This document shows, piece by piece, positions 57,700-64,000 of a stretch of 64,000 nt of DNA. Source of the stretch: the human T2T-CHM13v2.0 reference genome, Homo sapiens. Every line of letters starts with the position of its first letter. Position 1 is the stretch's first letter. The DNA lies in the NCBI RefSeq assembly GCF_009914755.1, contig NC_060928.1. One strand, given 5' to 3'. The notes below the pieces were generated by a model. It worked only from the letters and a program-made list of their open reading frames with translations. It did not search any database and was not told where the DNA came from. The translations under genes were made by a program, and so were the position numbers.

Positions 57700-58062
57700 T
57701 GAGGAGAGAAGCCATTTCTCTTACTGTCTCCTCTCTCTGAAGAGGAGGAGGAAGTAAAAGTTGAAAAACAACAGGAATGAAGTCAGTGGCAAGACCAGCT
57801 GGTGCCACTGATGACCCGGCCTGAGGTTAAAAGATTAACCCCCGCCCCCACCCCCCACTCTAACCACATGTGCTCTCAATCCATCATGACCCTTTCACGT
57901 GGAACCCCTTAGAGTTGTAAGCCCTTAAAAGGGCCAGGAACTCTGTCTTTGGGGAGCTCGGCTCTTAAGACGCGAGTCTGCCGACGCTCCCGGCCGAATA
58001 AAAACCTCTTGCTTCTTTAATCCAGTGTCTGAGGAGTTTTGTCTGCAGCTTGTCCTGCTACA
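57700..58062 (+). mobile_element. HERV-E 5' LTR (LTR2 family, possibly LTR2C-like)
   Basis: TG...CA ends, CTTAAAA TATA-like box 57924-57930, AATAAA 57997-58002, typical 3' end gtcctgctaca, followed by a PBS. Confidence 0.88.
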
Positions 58063-58067
58063 TTTCT

Positions 58068-58085
58068 TGGTTCCCTGACTGGGAA
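58068..58085 (+). other. Primer binding site, tRNA-Glu
   Basis: TGGTTCCCTGACTGGGAA is complementary to the tRNA-Glu 3' end (TGGTTCCCTGACCGGGAA) with one mismatch. Confidence 0.9.
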
Positions 58086-58607
58086 TCAAGGTGATTAACG
58101 GAAGGTCAAGGCAGCCCTTTAGGCTGCTTAGGGCTGCCCTGTGGAACATCCCTGCGGGGGATTCTGACCAGCTCCAGTGTTGCAGATCCTGAGAGCGCTC
58201 CCAGGGAGGCAATTGCCCTGGTGGAACACCTCGTCAGAGCAGTGCATGACAGGCCCTCATGGAGGATCAACGCAGTGGCTGAACACCGGGAAGGAACTGG
58301 CACTTTAAGTCTGGACATCTGAAACTTGGTAAGACTGGTCTCTGGAACTTGCCCACTCCATTTGAGTGGAAGCGTGGCCTGATCACCCATGGCGTGCCTG
58401 TACCAGCACTTTGGTTCTTGTTTTTGACTTGAGTTGAATTGCTTGATACTTTGGTTTTGGTTTTGACCTGGCATGGATTTCTGGATACTCCGATTTTGGT
58501 TTTGATTCTGGTCTGGTGTAAACTGAAGTGTGTGTGTGCCCTTTTTACCGGTTCTTTGTTCTGTGGTGTGTGTGTGGTGTGAGCGTGGTGTTTTGTCTCG
58601 AGGAGAC

Positions 58608-60208
58608 ATGGGTCAGACACAAAGTAAGCCCACTCCGCTAGGAACTGTGTTGAAAAATGTCAAGGAAAGATTTAGTGGAGACTATGGGGTTACTATGACA
58701 CCAGGGAAACTTAGAACTTTGTGTGAAATAGATTGGCCAACATTAGAAGTGGGTCGGCCATCAGAAGGAAGCCTGGACAGGTCCCTTGTTTCTAAGGTGT
58801 GGCACAAGGTAACTGGTAAAGGATACCTAGACCAGTTCCCATACATAGACACTTGGTTACAGCTGGTGCTAGACCCCCCACAGTGGCTAAGAGGGCAGGC
58901 AGCAGCAATGCTAGTAGCAAAGGGACAGATAGCCAAGGAAGGATCCCACTCCACCCGCCCAGGGAAATCAACTCCTGAAGTTCTGTTCAACCCAACATCA
59001 GAAGATCCATTGCAGGAGATGGCACCAGTGATCCCAGTGGTGTCCTCCCCTTACCAGGGGAAGAGGCTCCTCATTCTAGAGCCCACAGTGCTTGTGCCTC
59101 CGCAAGACAAACATATCCCTAGGCCACCCAGGGTAGACAAGAGAGGAGGTGAAGACTCGGGAGAAACCCCTCCCTTGGCAGCTCGTCTACGACCCAAAAC
59201 TGGGATGCAAATGCCCCTGAGAGAGCAGCGGTATACTGGGATAGATGAGGATGGTCACATGGTGGAGAGGCGTGTTTTTGTGTACCAGCCCTTCACCTCT
59301 GCCGATCTTCTCAACTAGAAAAACAATACCCCGTCCTATACCGAAAAGCCACAAACTCTAATTGATTTGTTCCAAACTATTATCCAGACCCACAACCCCA
59401 CCTGGGCTGATTGCCACCAGTTGCTCATGTTCCTCTTTAACACAGATGAAAGGCGGAGAGTGCTCCAAGCAGCAGCTAAGTGGCTAGAGGAACATACACC
59501 AGCTGATTACCAAAACCTGCAAGAGTATGTAAGGACCCAATTACCAGGAACCGACCCCCAGTGGGACCCAAATGAAAGAGAGGATATGCAAAGGCTAAAT
59601 CGATACAGGGAAGCTCTCTTGGAGGATTAAAGAGGGGAGCCCAGAAGGCCACAAACGTTAACAAGGTCTCTGAGGTCATTCAGGGAAAAGAAGAAAGTCC
59701 AGCACAATTCTACGAGAGACTGCGTGAGGCCTATCGTGTGTATACTCCCTTTGATCCCGATAGCCCTGAAAATCAGCGCACGATTAACATGGCTTTAGTT
59801 AGTCAAAGTACAGAAGACATTAGAAGAAAACTGCAGAAACAGGCTGGGTTTGCAGGGATGAATACATCACAGTTAGAAATAGCTAATCAGGTGTTTGTAA
59901 ACAGGGATGCAGTAAGCCCTAAGGAAAACCACAAAGAGAATGAACGTCAGGCCCGGCGAAACACCAACCTGTTAGCTGCAGCAATCAGAGGGGTCCCCCC
60001 AAAGAGGCAAGGGAAGGGGGGCCCTGGGAAAAAAACTCAGCTTGGCTGTCAGAGTTTGCAGCGTAACCAGTGTGCTTATTTTAAAGAAATAGGACATTGA
60101 AAGAACAAATGCCCTCAGCTAAAAAGAAAACAAGGTGACTCAGAGCAGGAGGTCCCAGACAAGGAGGAAGGGGCCCTGCTCAACCTGGCAGAAGGGTTAT
60201 TGGACTGA
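58608..60208 (+). pseudogene. HERV-E gag (disrupted)
   Basis: MGQTQSKPTPL N-terminus; capsid YQPFTSADLLN and QGKEESPAQFYERL; degenerate zinc knuckle CAYFKEIGH*KNKC; premature stops 59316-59318 and 60098-60100; frameshift near 59622. Confidence 0.92.

Positions 60209-64000
<3,792 letters not shown>

Noticed and set aside
58410-58520. Repeated ttggttttg...gac units resembling a spacer array
   Set aside because: Degenerate repeats within the HERV-E leader; not CRISPR-like, and the DNA is eukaryotic
58608-59318. Intact-looking 236-codon gag ORF as a domesticated gene
   Set aside because: Stops at the start of capsid and the rest of the provirus is decayed; no evidence of selection visible

Overview
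Primate (human-like) genomic DNA. The minus strand carries the 5' end of SLC10A7: a CpG-island promoter at about 53.6-54.6 kb and coding exons 1-4 (100+83+137+76 nt = codons 1-132, all GT-AG). Intron 4 runs off the left edge. Introns are filled with Alu, L1M, L2, MIR, MaLR/ERV1 LTRs, Tigger elements and microsatellites. About 4 kb upstream, on the + strand and divergent from the gene, is a decayed HERV-E provirus (LTR2-family 5' LTR, tRNA-Glu PBS, gag, pro, RT, partial RNase H). It is joined in frame, through a 4-bp microhomology, to a 5'-truncated L1PA ORF2 that runs off the right edge. I see no convincing new biological system. The best leads are the HERV-E RNase H/L1 ORF2 junction, two candidate uORFs in the SLC10A7 leader, a possible APOBEC3 footprint on the provirus, a templated-insertion repair scar, a trimeric Alu and inverted Alus around exons 2-4. 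Repeat subfamily names and consensus comparisons come from recalled consensus sequences, not from a search.
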